Positions 48,668-59,761 of a stretch of 64,000 nucleotides of DNA are shown piece after piece. The notes beneath the pieces were generated by a model that was not told the DNA's origin, made no database searches, and worked only from the letters and a program-made list of their open reading frames with translations. A program made the translations under genes and the position numbers. Each line of letters starts with the position of its first letter. The first letter of the stretch is position 1. Source of the DNA: Minisyncoccota bacterium (GTDB lineage: Bacteria > Patescibacteriota > Minisyncoccia > Phycocordibacterales > UBA1006); contig JAIPIY010000001.1 of the NCBI GenBank assembly GCA_021734445.1, positions 31,849 through 95,848 on the forward strand, given 5' to 3'.

Positions 48668-51600
48668 TTATTTTGATTCAGTTTCAAACGCTGTATCAAT
48701 GATCCCCTTTGTAACAGAAAACGGCTCAGAAGTAAATACAGGAGTATATGATTCATCTGCATTTTTTGCTTCGATGGTAATATAATAGTTTCCATTTGCT
48801 ATCAAACAATAATATCTTCCTCTTTCATCAATAATTACGTGCTTGATTTCTTTTTGCAGTTTTGCAGAAAATACACGAATAATTCCAAATGACAATGGAA
48901 CACCACGATGCGTAACCGTTCCATGCGGATGTGGTTTTAATAACGTAACACGAACAAAAAAGATGAGAATATATGCGACAAATACAATAATATTTAATGT
49001 TGACGGTAATACAAACAATGTCCATGTTGCAATTCCAAAACCAATCCAAAAGAATAGGCTGGCTATTTTAACCAATATGGCTTCATGTTTCACATCAAAA
49101 CTCATGACACCCATTTCTTTTTTCGCAAATTCATTCCAATTAAATTTCAATGGATCCATGGGAATATTGTGTTTGATTACTTGCCCTTCTTCGGTGATGA
49201 TTATCTGTCCTCCAAAATACAGATTGTCATATACTGCGTCTTTTGTAGTATTTGCCAGTTTTTGTGATGGGAATTGATAATCTGTTTTGTGAATCACAAG
49301 GGTATAGGTTCCTGGTTTCACCAAAAATCCATACCGACCATCCAAATCAGTAATAGAAGTTGCTACTTCGTTACCGTTTACATCCATCAACATCACATAT
49401 GCTGGATCAAGAGGTTGTTTGGTTACTGCATCATATACAACCCCCCATTTTTCTACTTTTTTCTTGAGACCAAGACCCGACAGTAGGAAATTCCACAATC
49501 GCATAGGTACCGTAGATAACTGTGGTAACAATGCCATGCCTGCGGTTGCAATACCGGCAACACTGGCCAAGATACCTAATGTGGTCATTGTTTTACCAGT
49601 AGTGCTTTGCACAAAATCAGTTACAGAAGCAACTATTTCTTCAATGAAATCAGTGAATCCTGATGATGAGCCATCTGACCCCTGATTATCCGTAGTTGAT
49701 GATAAGGTATCTTCATTATCATCAAAAGGAAAATCTTCAAATTCCTCTTCAGTATCTTCCATATCTTCTTCATCTATGGGCTCATCTTCGTCTACCGGGT
49801 CTTCGGTTGGTGATTCTGGGGTTGGAGTATTTGGTGAATCAGTAGGCTCTCCTGTTGTTGGTGGCTCACCGGTAGATGTAGTTGTTGGAACAATAATAGC
49901 CGAACCTCCAGAAGAAGATGTGCTATCTGTATTTGAATCTTCTTCCTCATCTTCTGGCTCTACTGCTTGAGTAATAGCAAATGATGAAAAAGAGGTGGCA
50001 TTAAAAATACATCGATTTTTACTATCAATAGTACACTGAGTTAACGCAGACCAAGAGCTTGATTCTGGGGATTTGTGAAATACTGTATATGTTTCTCCTA
50101 TGATAATTCCGGGTATATTTTCAAGCTGAATTTCAACAGACTGAGAAGCCTGTAAATTACTGTTTGGTAATCCAAAAGAAAAACTACGCAGAACTTCTTG
50201 ATTATCAATACCGGGTAGTGTAGTAAGGCCCAAATCATCTATTAACGTCAGGGCTTCAAAATTTGTTTTACCTAAATATCTAAATTCAGTCCCTGCATCA
50301 ATCGTAATTCGATCATTAATAGAAATTGAATCAAAGACAATAGCATTATTAAACAATGCGCGTATACCATTTGTTCCTTCGAATCTCTCTCCCCAACCCT
50401 CATTCAGGGGTTCATATATTCCTGATCTATACAAAGACCAAACAAGATCATCTCCAGAAACAGTGTAAGAATTAGTTGCATCAAGCCAAGAAATTTGAGA
50501 ATTATCAACAGCATTAGGGTTCATATACCCATATCCATATCCATACGTGAATTCATTCCCAGGAGCAGAAGATCCACCAGATGTATCATATTTTGAAACT
50601 TCTAATTTCCATCCAGCAGAAGGGGCCGTATCTATATGAAGCACATGCGGAACATCTTCAGATAATACAAAATCCAACCCATACATGCTCGTAAAAGAGT
50701 CTCCTAATAAATCCATTCGAAACCAAGCACTACCATCTACAAGCCTTTCAACTGATGTATTATAATTCAATGGATTACCATCATCCGAATATGCCACATA
50801 CAATACTCCATCCGAATCAGCTTCCATTTTAATATATTGAGGAGCATGACTTGAAAAACCTTGTGCGCCGACAAAAACACCTCCACCAGAAGAAACATCT
50901 TTTACAGAAACATGCCCGCCTCCATATGCATAGTCCTGATATGCAATATACAAACTATCATCGACAGATACCATATCAAAAGAACCCGATATAGTTGTAT
51001 ACAATGGATGTAATAGAATTGATTCCCACTCTAATGCCAAAGTTTTCACATCAATACGATACAAAGAACCATCATAATATTTATAAGCAACATAGAGATC
51101 ATCATTATCATCAATAGAAAAACTCAATACTGACATAGCCCCGGTAGCAACAACCTCTGTTGTTGGTCCTTCTACATTTTCCCAATCAGGTCCATTGTCA
51201 TATTTTAAAACACGCAGAGTTCCCGTATCATTAATAGCAACATGAACAACGTCCTGTGAATCCAGAGCGATTGCATGATCATACATAGTAGCAAGAGTCA
51301 TAATAGGACCAGCACCAATCACTTGCCAAGAACCACCAACCAATTTAATCACCGTGGGCCCAGTAGTTCCCTGGAATAAAACATAGGGCACATCCTGAGA
51401 ATCCAAAGCAATCTTTGGTCGGGAACCCGTAAATCCCGTTTCCTGAAATGTATTCCATGACCCCTCTGTGTATCCAACAACTTTTATGGCACCTGAAAAA
51501 TTATCCACATACGCCACAGCAATTTTATCATCTGAACCTCTTGCCATGGAAAACCCTTGTGCCAGACCAACCGATGTAGTAGGAAAAATATTTTCTGAAA

Positions 51601-51838
51601 TATCAACCCATACTGGATTTGAAACCATTCTATATCCCGCTAACTGTCCCAAATCCCAACCATATCCGTATCCATAACCATATCCATAGCCATATCCCCA
51701 ACCAACAGACCCTGTTTGCCGTGCAAACTGAGCAAAAGCAACACCCGAACTGGCAATCAATCCAATAATCAGAATAGCAATGAAACTTTGTTTTTTTGTA
51801 ACGAAAAAATTGTGTATTTTTTTTATGTGCTGGATCAT
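48668..51838 (-). CDS. Giant (1056 aa) surface protein: N-terminal GY-repeat module, beta-propeller-like repeats, acidic linker, TM segments, C-terminal carboxypeptidase-regulatory-like domain
   Basis: Signal peptide then [28 protein letters not shown]; a second GYGYGY block; repeated ...LYVAY/LYIAY blade-like motifs; D/E/T/S-rich linker; hydrophobic helices; C-terminal [39 protein letters not shown]. Confidence 0.6.
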   Translation of the reverse strand: MIQHIKKIHNFFVTKKQSFIAILIIGLIASSGVAFAQFARQTGSVGWGYGYGYGYGYGYGWDLGQLAGYRMVSNPVWVDISENIFPTTSVGLAQGFSMARGSDDKIAVAYVDNFSGAIKVVGYTEGSWNTFQETGFTGSRPKIALDSQDVPYVLFQGTTGPTVIKLVGGSWQVIGAGPIMTLATMYDHAIALDSQDVVHVAINDTGTLRVLKYDNGPDWENVEGPTTEVVATGAMSVLSFSIDDNDDLYVAYKYYDGSLYRIDVKTLALEWESILLHPLYTTISGSFDMVSVDDSLYIAYQDYAYGGGHVSVKDVSSGGGVFVGAQGFSSHAPQYIKMEADSDGVLYVAYSDDGNPLNYNTSVERLVDGSAWFRMDLLGDSFTSMYGLDFVLSEDVPHVLHIDTAPSAGWKLEVSKYDTSGGSSAPGNEFTYGYGYGYMNPNAVDNSQISWLDATNSYTVSGDDLVWSLYRSGIYEPLNEGWGERFEGTNGIRALFNNAIVFDSISINDRITIDAGTEFRYLGKTNFEALTLIDDLGLTTLPGIDNQEVLRSFSFGLPNSNLQASQSVEIQLENIPGIIIGETYTVFHKSPESSSWSALTQCTIDSKNRCIFNATSFSSFAITQAVEPEDEEEDSNTDSTSSSGGSAIIVPTTTSTGEPPTTGEPTDSPNTPTPESPTEDPVDEDEPIDEEDMEDTEEEFEDFPFDDNEDTLSSTTDNQGSDGSSSGFTDFIEEIVASVTDFVQSTTGKTMTTLGILASVAGIATAGMALLPQLSTVPMRLWNFLLSGLGLKKKVEKWGVVYDAVTKQPLDPAYVMLMDVNGNEVATSITDLDGRYGFLVKPGTYTLVIHKTDYQFPSQKLANTTKDAVYDNLYFGGQIIITEEGQVIKHNIPMDPLKFNWNEFAKKEMGVMSFDVKHEAILVKIASLFFWIGFGIATWTLFVLPSTLNIIVFVAYILIFFVRVTLLKPHPHGTVTHRGVPLSFGIIRVFSAKLQKEIKHVIIDERGRYYCLIANGNYYITIEAKNADESYTPVFTSEPFSVTKGIIDTAFETESK

Positions 51839-51894
51839 AATGATTTTTTTATAGTAATAGCTTGCGTCCTATAGTATACTATACACACAAAAAT

Positions 51895-53376
51895 ATGCAT
51901 AGAGTATCTTCTTTTCTACAACAACATAGTGTGACCATTATTTTATTTGGTATTCTTATCTTTGGAGGATATATCCGACTACACAATCTTGGTGAACCAT
52001 CGCTATGGATTGACGAAGGTTATTCCATCAATGCTGCACAACAGATTTTAAAACACGATGTACCATTGTTGGAATCTGGTCAGATGTATACCAACCAACC
52101 CCTGGCATCATATATTGTTGCCGGGTCAATAAAGATTTTTGGCTTTGATCCTTATTCCCCATGGAGCGCGCGATTACCCTTTGCATTATTTGGAATATTC
52201 AATATTCTTATGGTTTTTTTGTTAACCAAGAGATTATTTGATGACCAATGGATTGCGTTAGGGGCTGCATTTTTTACTGCCTTTTTCCCATGGGAAATTG
52301 CATGGGCCAGACAAGCCCGAGGATACAGCATGTTGCAATTCTTTCTCTTGCTTTCTTTTGATCATGTAATTGGATTTATTCAAGAAAGAAAAACCTATCA
52401 TGCACTATTAGCCAGCATTTCTTTTCTATTTGCTTATTTCAGTCATAATCTCGCTATTGCTTTTTTACCGGGATTATTTTTGGTTCTTGGGCTATGGATG
52501 TTATTGGGCATTCAAAAAATATCTTGGAGAAAATCTTGGCCATTTTTATTATTATCCATTGCCGCAATAGCAGTCGGGCAATCGTGGTTGCAAAATCTTG
52601 ACATTATTAATTATATAGAATTTTATAATCGATTTATTATCGAAAATATGCCATGGATATTTGGATTTGGATTCATAGGATTTATTTTGGCGATTTTTCA
52701 AAAAAGATATATCGTATCAGGTATTCTTTTATTAGGAACCACCACTATTGCCTATGTTATTATTGCGTCATATGGAGTAACATTACAATATCGATATCTT
52801 GTGCCCCTGATCCCCTTTTTAGGAATTGGATGTATTTATTTTTTATATGATATTTTTCATAAAATAATCAGTGCGACAAAAAGGTATTCATTACATACTA
52901 TTGTTTCCCCTATTGTGTGTATTATTTTTTGTATCTTACTGGTTATAACAAATCAATCTGTATTTCACCCAACATCGCAACTAGATACCGGTTCCCCACA
53001 GCCAGATTTTAAACATGCCTACGAATATATTAAAGAAAATAAAAATCCTTATGACGTAGTTGTCTCTCCTTATGCACATTTAACAAATATCTATTTAGGT
53101 TATCCTGAAACACTATTACCCATATCATTAACTGGACGAACACAAGAATTTAATCTCACCATAACAAAAGAAAATACTGATTATTATACAAATGCCCCTA
53201 TTGTACAACAAGATGAATTTTTAAATTTCATACATAACAATAATGGATATATTATTCTAGACAGCATGGCAATTTCAAGAATTCCAGAAATAATGCAGAC
53301 AATTCAGTCACAAAAACTGCAATTAGTATTTTTGAAATATCAAAATACGCTAGGAATTTGGGTTTTTAAATTTTAA
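51895..53376 (+). CDS. GT39/ArnT-like (PMT_2 family) polyprenyl-phosphate-sugar-dependent glycosyltransferase
   Basis: Multi-TM. SLWIDEGYSINAAQ, FGFDPYSPWSARLPFALFG, FPWEIAWARQARGYSMLQFFLL. Start taken at ATG 51895 (the track starts at TTG 51862). A paralog lies at 62901. Confidence 0.7.
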   Translation: MHRVSSFLQQHSVTIILFGILIFGGYIRLHNLGEPSLWIDEGYSINAAQQILKHDVPLLESGQMYTNQPLASYIVAGSIKIFGFDPYSPWSARLPFALFGIFNILMVFLLTKRLFDDQWIALGAAFFTAFFPWEIAWARQARGYSMLQFFLLLSFDHVIGFIQERKTYHALLASISFLFAYFSHNLAIAFLPGLFLVLGLWMLLGIQKISWRKSWPFLLLSIAAIAVGQSWLQNLDIINYIEFYNRFIIENMPWIFGFGFIGFILAIFQKRYIVSGILLLGTTTIAYVIIASYGVTLQYRYLVPLIPFLGIGCIYFLYDIFHKIISATKRYSLHTIVSPIVCIIFCILLVITNQSVFHPTSQLDTGSPQPDFKHAYEYIKENKNPYDVVVSPYAHLTNIYLGYPETLLPISLTGRTQEFNLTITKENTDYYTNAPIVQQDEFLNFIHNNNGYIILDSMAISRIPEIMQTIQSQKLQLVFLKYQNTLGIWVFKF

Positions 53377-53641
53377 CTTTTTGTAAAATAACATAAAACT
53401 CCAAAGCATTACGAACTGTTGGATATATGTGAACAATTTTTAATGATTCTAAAAAGATACCCGGGGTTAATTTCCAACAGTGAATATTGAAACGCAATTA
53501 AATATCATAAAATGCGATAATATTTTTACCCTATTTCTTGTAATATTCTTTTTCATTATATCTTTAGTGATCTTTTATAATTTCGCACTGATTAAAATCT
53601 TGTAGGTTTGGTTTATTTTTTTATAGATTAATTATTTATTT

Positions 53642-54853
53642 TTATAGACCTAATATCGATTCGACGAAGAGAAAAGAATCTTCAAATGTCTTTTCCCAAC
53701 TGGTTTCCATGTTATTTGCACGGTAGTTTTCATATCTTCCTTCGGGGTTTTGTGCCAACATAACTGCTTGTTTGAAATATATATCCACAAAATCATCCCG
53801 TATAATATCTCCACATATAATATTTTTTGAATAATGTGCATTCGTCCTCTTTTGATAGGTATTTGTTAATGCAACACCACCACTGGATGCGATATCCATG
53901 GGCATATATCCAGGATGTGGTGTCCATAATAATGAAAACCCAAGATCCACTTTTTTTAAAAAGTCTGAATATTCTTCCCATGTCATTTTACCTAATACAT
54001 GCGGAATAACACCATTAAAAAAATGAGGTGGATCAATATTCTCTCCGGCAAAATAAATTTTCCATTTTTCTTTTTCTAAAACTTTTTTTTGAAAAGCTTC
54101 TTCAATCAATTTTAAACCTGTATAGTATAAATTGCGAGGCGTATTCGGGCGTGCATAAAAGAGCAATACATAGGTATCCTTCGGAAGAAATGCATTCTTA
54201 TTCGGTTGATATAAATGTGAAGTAAATGCGGGTTCGAAATAAATACTATTATGTTTGATATTTTCAAAAGATGAGTTTTGAAAATATTCAAATAAAATCC
54301 TAGAATTTACAATATATTTTACTCTTGGATTCGCTAATACTTTTTCACACCAATATGCATCATCGCCGTTATTATAGAATACAACTTCTGATTCTTGAAT
54401 AATGTGAAAAAAGTTTTCCATAAGACACACCTTATTAACAAGATAGGAAGACCACCAAGATGTTGCAACAAATATATCTTTTTCAGATATTTCCAAGGCA
54501 GTATTATATGATTCTGCAGTATAAGTACTAAAAAACTCTACCTGTATAGGCTTTTCTATGTTCATAGATTTTAAAAAGTTTTCATATGCAACTGGTTGTG
54601 CTTCCTCATCTCGTATAATAATTCGTAATACATAACCCGTACGTAGCGCAAAAAGAGTTGCAAATATAATCACTGTTGCTACCCCTCCAAAAACATACTT
54701 ATCTTGTAGTGAATCCAGCACAAGATTGATTCGATAAGAATCACGAGACACCCTCTTTGTTTTCCAAACAGGCAAATATGCTAATTTTGTATACATAAGA
54801 TGTTGAACGGATTGCATATTATTTTTGATCAAAAAAATCTTTTGTATAATCAA
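53642..54853 (-). CDS. Hypothetical protein, possibly a glycosyltransferase (N-terminal TM anchor)
   Basis: 403-aa ORF with one N-terminal TM helix and a soluble domain; no clear family motif. Its location in the glycan locus is the only functional hint. Confidence 0.35.
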   Translation of the reverse strand: MIIQKIFLIKNNMQSVQHLMYTKLAYLPVWKTKRVSRDSYRINLVLDSLQDKYVFGGVATVIIFATLFALRTGYVLRIIIRDEEAQPVAYENFLKSMNIEKPIQVEFFSTYTAESYNTALEISEKDIFVATSWWSSYLVNKVCLMENFFHIIQESEVVFYNNGDDAYWCEKVLANPRVKYIVNSRILFEYFQNSSFENIKHNSIYFEPAFTSHLYQPNKNAFLPKDTYVLLFYARPNTPRNLYYTGLKLIEEAFQKKVLEKEKWKIYFAGENIDPPHFFNGVIPHVLGKMTWEEYSDFLKKVDLGFSLLWTPHPGYMPMDIASSGGVALTNTYQKRTNAHYSKNIICGDIIRDDFVDIYFKQAVMLAQNPEGRYENYRANNMETSWEKTFEDSFLFVESILGL

Positions 54854-57800
54854 TATTTAAATCAGTGTTTACCCCAACTTTTTTCTTTTCACCCTGACCA
54901 ATCCACATCTCGCATTCCAGGCGGTACGATTCAAACTCCCACCCACGCTTATCTTTTCTATCATGCAATTGTAATTCTCTTTTTTGTATAGAAGGTAATG
55001 TTCTTATATATACACTTTGAGCCCACCAAAAATTACCTGAAAAATGAGAGTGTGTATGCACAGAAAATGGTTGTCGTATAGAATTATCAACAGGATGTTC
55101 TTTCCATCCACAACCAGCAATATCACAACCTTTGTTTAAAAAAGATATACACTTTTTATATTCTTTTATATTTTTTTCCACAAGCCGTTCTCTCCATTTT
55201 ATTTTTACAGAATCATTTGATTGTGACACCCCTTTTGTATGACAATAAAAAATATACGCATCTTGTGTATGTGAAAATTCTTGCAAATAGGTTAACAATG
55301 GATATTCTACTTCGGTAATATCGGGACTAGTATATACACATTTCATTTTTTTATATGTTTTTAATAAAAGCAAAAAAGAATCGGTTGGATCCCCAAGCAG
55401 TGCATAGTATATTTCTTCGCATTCATCATATAATCCTGAATCTTGCATGGATTGTATCATCGTATGCACAATTTCAGCATAATTATATATACAACAAATA
55501 TGAAAAAATACATATATTTTTTTTGTTTTTTGGATACTGTAATTATCTGGGATCAAAGTAATAAAATCATAGCTATATCGATTTTGAGGATATTCATATA
55601 TCACCCTTCCTGCGTCATATACTAATTTACCCACATATCTCTCTAGCCCATGAATAACAGTTCCATTCTCAACATATCCCATAGGTTGCTCTTTTTCTAA
55701 AAAACTAATAAACTTTTGAGAAATTATTTTTTCAAGAATATCATAGCGAACCCAAAAAATACTTCCAGATATCCAGGAATATTGAGTGTGTTGTTCATCT
55801 GTATGGGCATAGATTTTTTCAATAGAAGGTTCATATACTTCATCTGAAGAAAAAATATTTCCCAATGCACCAACATGACTACCCCCTATCATACCTGCAT
55901 CTGAATATTCTAAGTTATGCAAAATTGCATTGACTGTTTTTTCATCATGCAACACATGATCCATAAGATCATAAAACCATTTCGCACCCATAGATGGATC
56001 ATACAAAGATTTTTTAGTATGCACTTTCAAGATAAATTGAGTATCTTTTGGGACATGAGCTAGCGCCTTTACAAAAGGTAATATATCTAATCCTTGATTT
56101 TCATATGTAAAAATCTTTACATCAGGGTATGCATTTTTAACTTTTTTTATAAAGCTTTTTGAATAATGACCCTGTGTCAAGGTGATAATAATATGAAATG
56201 GCTCTTCTATATATTGCAACCGTTTATAAATTTCTTCCCACATATCTTCATAAAAAATATGCGCAATAACCGTAATACGAGGATGCTTCGTGTCTTTCTG
56301 TGTTACAAGCGGGGTATACAAGAATTTTGTTTTGCGACGCAAGAAATATTTTTCAAAAAATTTCTTTGGATTATATATTGCCCAAATTATCTGTGGGTAG
56401 GTTGGCATAGATCTCCAAACATGCTTTTTGAGAAATTTTAAAGGGTGTAAAATAACCCAACGAATTTGTGGATAAGTAGGAAACCCTTGCCACACGTTTT
56501 TTTTCAAAAAACGAAGAGGGTGATGTAATGCCCACCGTATTCGTATATACAGATTTTTCATTTTTGCCAAAAGAGAATTCGATTGTATATGCATAAGAAG
56601 ATTTTCTTTTTGTTGCAATACCTGCTGTGTTGTTTGCAAAGCAAGTTGGATAGACTGAATATGATCTTGCAATGATGCAATATATCGGTCTTTTTCAATA
56701 ACACCTTGAGAAAGAAAATCTTTTTCTAACATAGTAACATCTATTTGTTTTTCTTTTTCCTGAACAAGGTTCTGCAATTCCAATTCTTTTTGTTGTTTTT
56801 TCTCTAGCAATTGAATCAAGGCAAATGTTTTTTCACGATAGTTTTTTTCTATTTTTTCTAATCTTGCAATTACAGCTTGTTGTCTATCATCATGAGAATG
56901 TTGATCTATATGCATCTTTTCAAGAATATCCTGCTTTGACGTAGAAATATTTTTTTGAATAGCTTCAATGTCTTTATTTTGTTGTTCTAAGTAGGTGCAT
57001 TGATTTTCCAAAACCTGTATCTGCTGTAGATAGGTTGCCTTCTCTTTGTCAAAATCTTTTTCTAACCAGTCGTGTAACATGGATGCATCACGCAACATCA
57101 TGGCTGAAAACCCTATTTCTGACATATCATAATCAGAAACCATATACCCAGACATGTCTAAATTTCGATATAACCGAATATCAAATAATTTAACTACAAA
57201 TTCTTTTTTTTCTTGATATTGTTGTGCTAAAAAACCAAAAGGATCGGCATCAACGAATTTCTCTACTTCTCTTTGAAAATTCGCGTGTAATAGATTATAC
57301 GAAACGTAGATATTTTTTTTATTATGGATACATTCCTGTATTGAAGAATAGGTTCGAGACCACAGAGAAAAGAAATTTTTTACTGCTGTAATATTTTTTC
57401 TTTTCTGTAGTGAGTATATAATTTCTATTGGATTACGGTAGGTAATAATATAACAAGTATTCTCTGGTAAATACTCTTGCCATAATGGCAACGTAATTGG
57501 CATACGAGGGTCTTTTATACCCCATACAGCTTTTTGTGATTGCATGTCATGAATAAATGATTCAATACGATCACGAATAGAATTTAATCGTACATCTTTT
57601 TGCCAACCATATTGCAATATGGGAATAGTATCCCAGGTACCACCAAATACTGACAAAATATCATCATTTATGGACATGACCTTGTTGTTTTCAAAATACC
57701 CATATGGATTTTCAACTGTTTGCGACAGCATGTCTTCTTCTCTGCCAAGAAAAACACCTAATTTAGACAATATACCAGAAACAAGGGATGTCCCACTGCG

Positions 57801-57878
57801 ATGCATCCCTAATACAATATAACAGGTATGTTTTTGATTCATTGTGCACAATATATAGGTTTTTCTGTTGAAATACAA
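54819..57878 (-). CDS. WbbB-like multidomain glycan assembly protein: Stf0-type sulfotransferase, ~160-aa coiled coil, tandem repeats, RgpF-like glycosyltransferase, second GT-like domain
   Basis: aa 18-260: sulfotransferase motifs MHRSGTS (5'-PSB) and TYRNPIEIIYSLQKR (3'-PB). aa ~270-435: heptad-rich Q/E/K coiled coil. aa 440-516: three tandem copies of R(W)xxxHPLxFLKKxVW...PTYPQI. aa ~530-770: AHIFYEDMWEEI...KVHTKKS, RgpF (rhamnan synthesis F)-like. aa ~785-1019: a second nucleotide-sugar-transferase-like region (...FYCHTKGVS...GNFWWAQ). Confidence 0.6.
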   Translation of the reverse strand: MYFNRKTYILCTMNQKHTCYIVLGMHRSGTSLVSGILSKLGVFLGREEDMLSQTVENPYGYFENNKVMSINDDILSVFGGTWDTIPILQYGWQKDVRLNSIRDRIESFIHDMQSQKAVWGIKDPRMPITLPLWQEYLPENTCYIITYRNPIEIIYSLQKRKNITAVKNFFSLWSRTYSSIQECIHNKKNIYVSYNLLHANFQREVEKFVDADPFGFLAQQYQEKKEFVVKLFDIRLYRNLDMSGYMVSDYDMSEIGFSAMMLRDASMLHDWLEKDFDKEKATYLQQIQVLENQCTYLEQQNKDIEAIQKNISTSKQDILEKMHIDQHSHDDRQQAVIARLEKIEKNYREKTFALIQLLEKKQQKELELQNLVQEKEKQIDVTMLEKDFLSQGVIEKDRYIASLQDHIQSIQLALQTTQQVLQQKENLLMHIQSNSLLAKMKNLYIRIRWALHHPLRFLKKNVWQGFPTYPQIRWVILHPLKFLKKHVWRSMPTYPQIIWAIYNPKKFFEKYFLRRKTKFLYTPLVTQKDTKHPRITVIAHIFYEDMWEEIYKRLQYIEEPFHIIITLTQGHYSKSFIKKVKNAYPDVKIFTYENQGLDILPFVKALAHVPKDTQFILKVHTKKSLYDPSMGAKWFYDLMDHVLHDEKTVNAILHNLEYSDAGMIGGSHVGALGNIFSSDEVYEPSIEKIYAHTDEQHTQYSWISGSIFWVRYDILEKIISQKFISFLEKEQPMGYVENGTVIHGLERYVGKLVYDAGRVIYEYPQNRYSYDFITLIPDNYSIQKTKKIYVFFHICCIYNYAEIVHTMIQSMQDSGLYDECEEIYYALLGDPTDSFLLLLKTYKKMKCVYTSPDITEVEYPLLTYLQEFSHTQDAYIFYCHTKGVSQSNDSVKIKWRERLVEKNIKEYKKCISFLNKGCDIAGCGWKEHPVDNSIRQPFSVHTHSHFSGNFWWAQSVYIRTLPSIQKRELQLHDRKDKRGWEFESYRLECEMWIGQGEKKKVGVNTDLNIDYTKDFFDQK

Positions 57879-57881
57879 GAA

Positions 57882-58535
57882 CTAGAGTAAATCTCTATAT
57901 AATTCTACATCTTGTGTATTATAAGACCGTATTTTTTCTTCGTTGTGCAGACCTTTTATGGGAGTAATATTTTCTGATATACCATTCCAATGAAATCCTA
58001 GATTTTGTACATCTTTATGAAATTGTTCTGTGCGACAAATAATAAGATCTGGAAAAGAAATATCAATAGACCGAGATAGCATGTTTTGAGATCTTATATA
58101 ATGATCATCTGTTATTTCATTAATGCCCCAGTGAACCTTATAGTGATCTAACTCTGACATTACTCGATCAATAGGATCGCGGACAAAAGCGAGTGTGGTA
58201 ATGTGAAAAAAATGAGAATCAAGTTTTCTTAGCATGTGCCATGTGATCTCTTTTTCAAAATGACCATGAATCGCATAAATATTATTTTCTTTAATATACG
58301 CAATAACATCCTCTATCAAGATTCCTTTAGATTCATGTATCATGTCATGAATACCTTGTAGGGTGTGGTGTATAACAAAACGACTTGCATCATTTTCACA
58401 TGGATATACATACAAGAATGAATCACCAAATGAATCTGCTAAAATTTTCCCAAATGTAGTTCCACCTGTTTTAGGAATATGCACAGAAAGTAAAAATGTT
58501 TCTTTTGTATCTATTTTTTCTTTTAAATTTTTCAT
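57882..58535 (-). CDS. Stand-alone sulfotransferase
   Basis: 5'-PSB HIPKTGGTTF and 3'-PB FVRDPIDRVMSE motifs. 217 aa. Confidence 0.7.
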   Translation of the reverse strand: MKNLKEKIDTKETFLLSVHIPKTGGTTFGKILADSFGDSFLYVYPCENDASRFVIHHTLQGIHDMIHESKGILIEDVIAYIKENNIYAIHGHFEKEITWHMLRKLDSHFFHITTLAFVRDPIDRVMSELDHYKVHWGINEITDDHYIRSQNMLSRSIDISFPDLIICRTEQFHKDVQNLGFHWNGISENITPIKGLHNEEKIRSYNTQDVELYRDLL

Positions 58536-58537
58536 AT

Positions 58538-59761
58538 TTATTCAGACCAACGATGTGGCATGTGAACCAAACCATTTCGTTTATCGCCTGGAATTACCTT
58601 GAAATATGCTTGATGTTCCGACCCCAGATACATGTCATAAAATACCTGTTCGCCATTTTCTTTTTCAGAAAATAAACTAGTATTAATAACAAATTCACCT
58701 TTATGAAACAAAGCTTCGGGGAATGTTAACACTATCCTATTTTTTCCTTTTTTCCATGGATGTTGATATGTTTCATACAACGTATTATTGCCACACACCC
58801 ACGCATCTGTTTTTTTATCCAATATTCCCAAACCAACATGCAACTGTTGTGAAATATCTTTGATATCATAATTAATTTCAATACGTATTGTTTCTCTAGA
58901 TTCAAAAACTGATGTTTCTATGTTTCTATCATTATACAACCGAACATCAACGATTGAGTTTTTCTTTTTTTTTGTATCTGAAACAGTTTCATCCTGCTGT
59001 TCCTGCATTAATAATTTTTGATATGCAAAAAGAGATTTTGCGGCGGTATCTATGATATGCATCCGACCATGATCCAAAATTAATACCCTATCTGCAAAAT
59101 CTCGTACAGACTGTTCTCCGTGGGAAACTAATATAATAGTTTTTCCCATACGTTTCAAACGACGCAATTCCGCAAGACATTTTTCTTGAAATGGTGCATC
59201 CCCAACTGCCAACACTTCATCCATTAACAATACCTCTTTGTTAGCATGAATGGCCACAGAAAAAGCTAACCGCATATACATCCCCGAAGAATAGTTTTTT
59301 ACCTTTTGATCAATAAATCTTTCTAATTCAGAAAAATTAATAATGGCATCGATTTTTTCATCAATTTCTTTTTTAGACAAACCCAATACGGTTGCATTTA
59401 AATAAATATTATCACGTCCTGACAATTCACCATGAAACCCAATACCCAACTCTAGAAAAGGAGATATTCCACCTGATACGATTACTGAACCTGAATCCTG
59501 TTCATACACACCAGCAAGAATCTTTAACAGAGTTGATTTTCCGCTACCATTTCGCCCCATAATAGCAAAAAATTCACCTTGATAGACATCAAAAGAAATA
59601 TCGTCCAATGCATGCAATACATCATGGGTTCTTTTTTTCATCATGTGTACAAACATGCCCCGCAACGTTTGTATCTTTTCATGAGGAATAATAAATTTTT
59701 TATTCAGATTACGTACCGACACAGCAACGGTGGTATTTTTTTGTTCTGTACTTTTTTTCAT
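58538..59761 (-). CDS. wzt: Polysaccharide ABC exporter ATP-binding protein (Wzt/TagH type) with C-terminal glycan-binding domain
   Basis: Walker A GRNGSGKSTLLKILAG, signature LSGG-like, Walker B LLMDEVLAVGD. An extra ~150-aa C-terminal beta-rich domain, as in Wzt. Confidence 0.8.
   Translation of the reverse strand: MKKSTEQKNTTVAVSVRNLNKKFIIPHEKIQTLRGMFVHMMKKRTHDVLHALDDISFDVYQGEFFAIMGRNGSGKSTLLKILAGVYEQDSGSVIVSGGISPFLELGIGFHGELSGRDNIYLNATVLGLSKKEIDEKIDAIINFSELERFIDQKVKNYSSGMYMRLAFSVAIHANKEVLLMDEVLAVGDAPFQEKCLAELRRLKRMGKTIILVSHGEQSVRDFADRVLILDHGRMHIIDTAAKSLFAYQKLLMQEQQDETVSDTKKKKNSIVDVRLYNDRNIETSVFESRETIRIEINYDIKDISQQLHVGLGILDKKTDAWVCGNNTLYETYQHPWKKGKNRIVLTFPEALFHKGEFVINTSLFSEKENGEQVFYDMYLGSEHQAYFKVIPGDKRNGLVHMPHRWSE

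Noticed and set aside
49700-51720. DNA-level tandem repeats (GGATATGGATATGG..., acidic-tract repeats) considered as a CRISPR array or satellite
   Set aside because: They are in-frame coding repeats for GY dipeptides and D/E/S linkers inside large ORFs. There are no spacer-repeat periodicity and no cas genes.
48668-51838. Diversity-generating retroelement targeting the giant surface proteins
   Set aside because: No reverse transcriptase ORF and no template/variable repeat pair were visible anywhere in the window.
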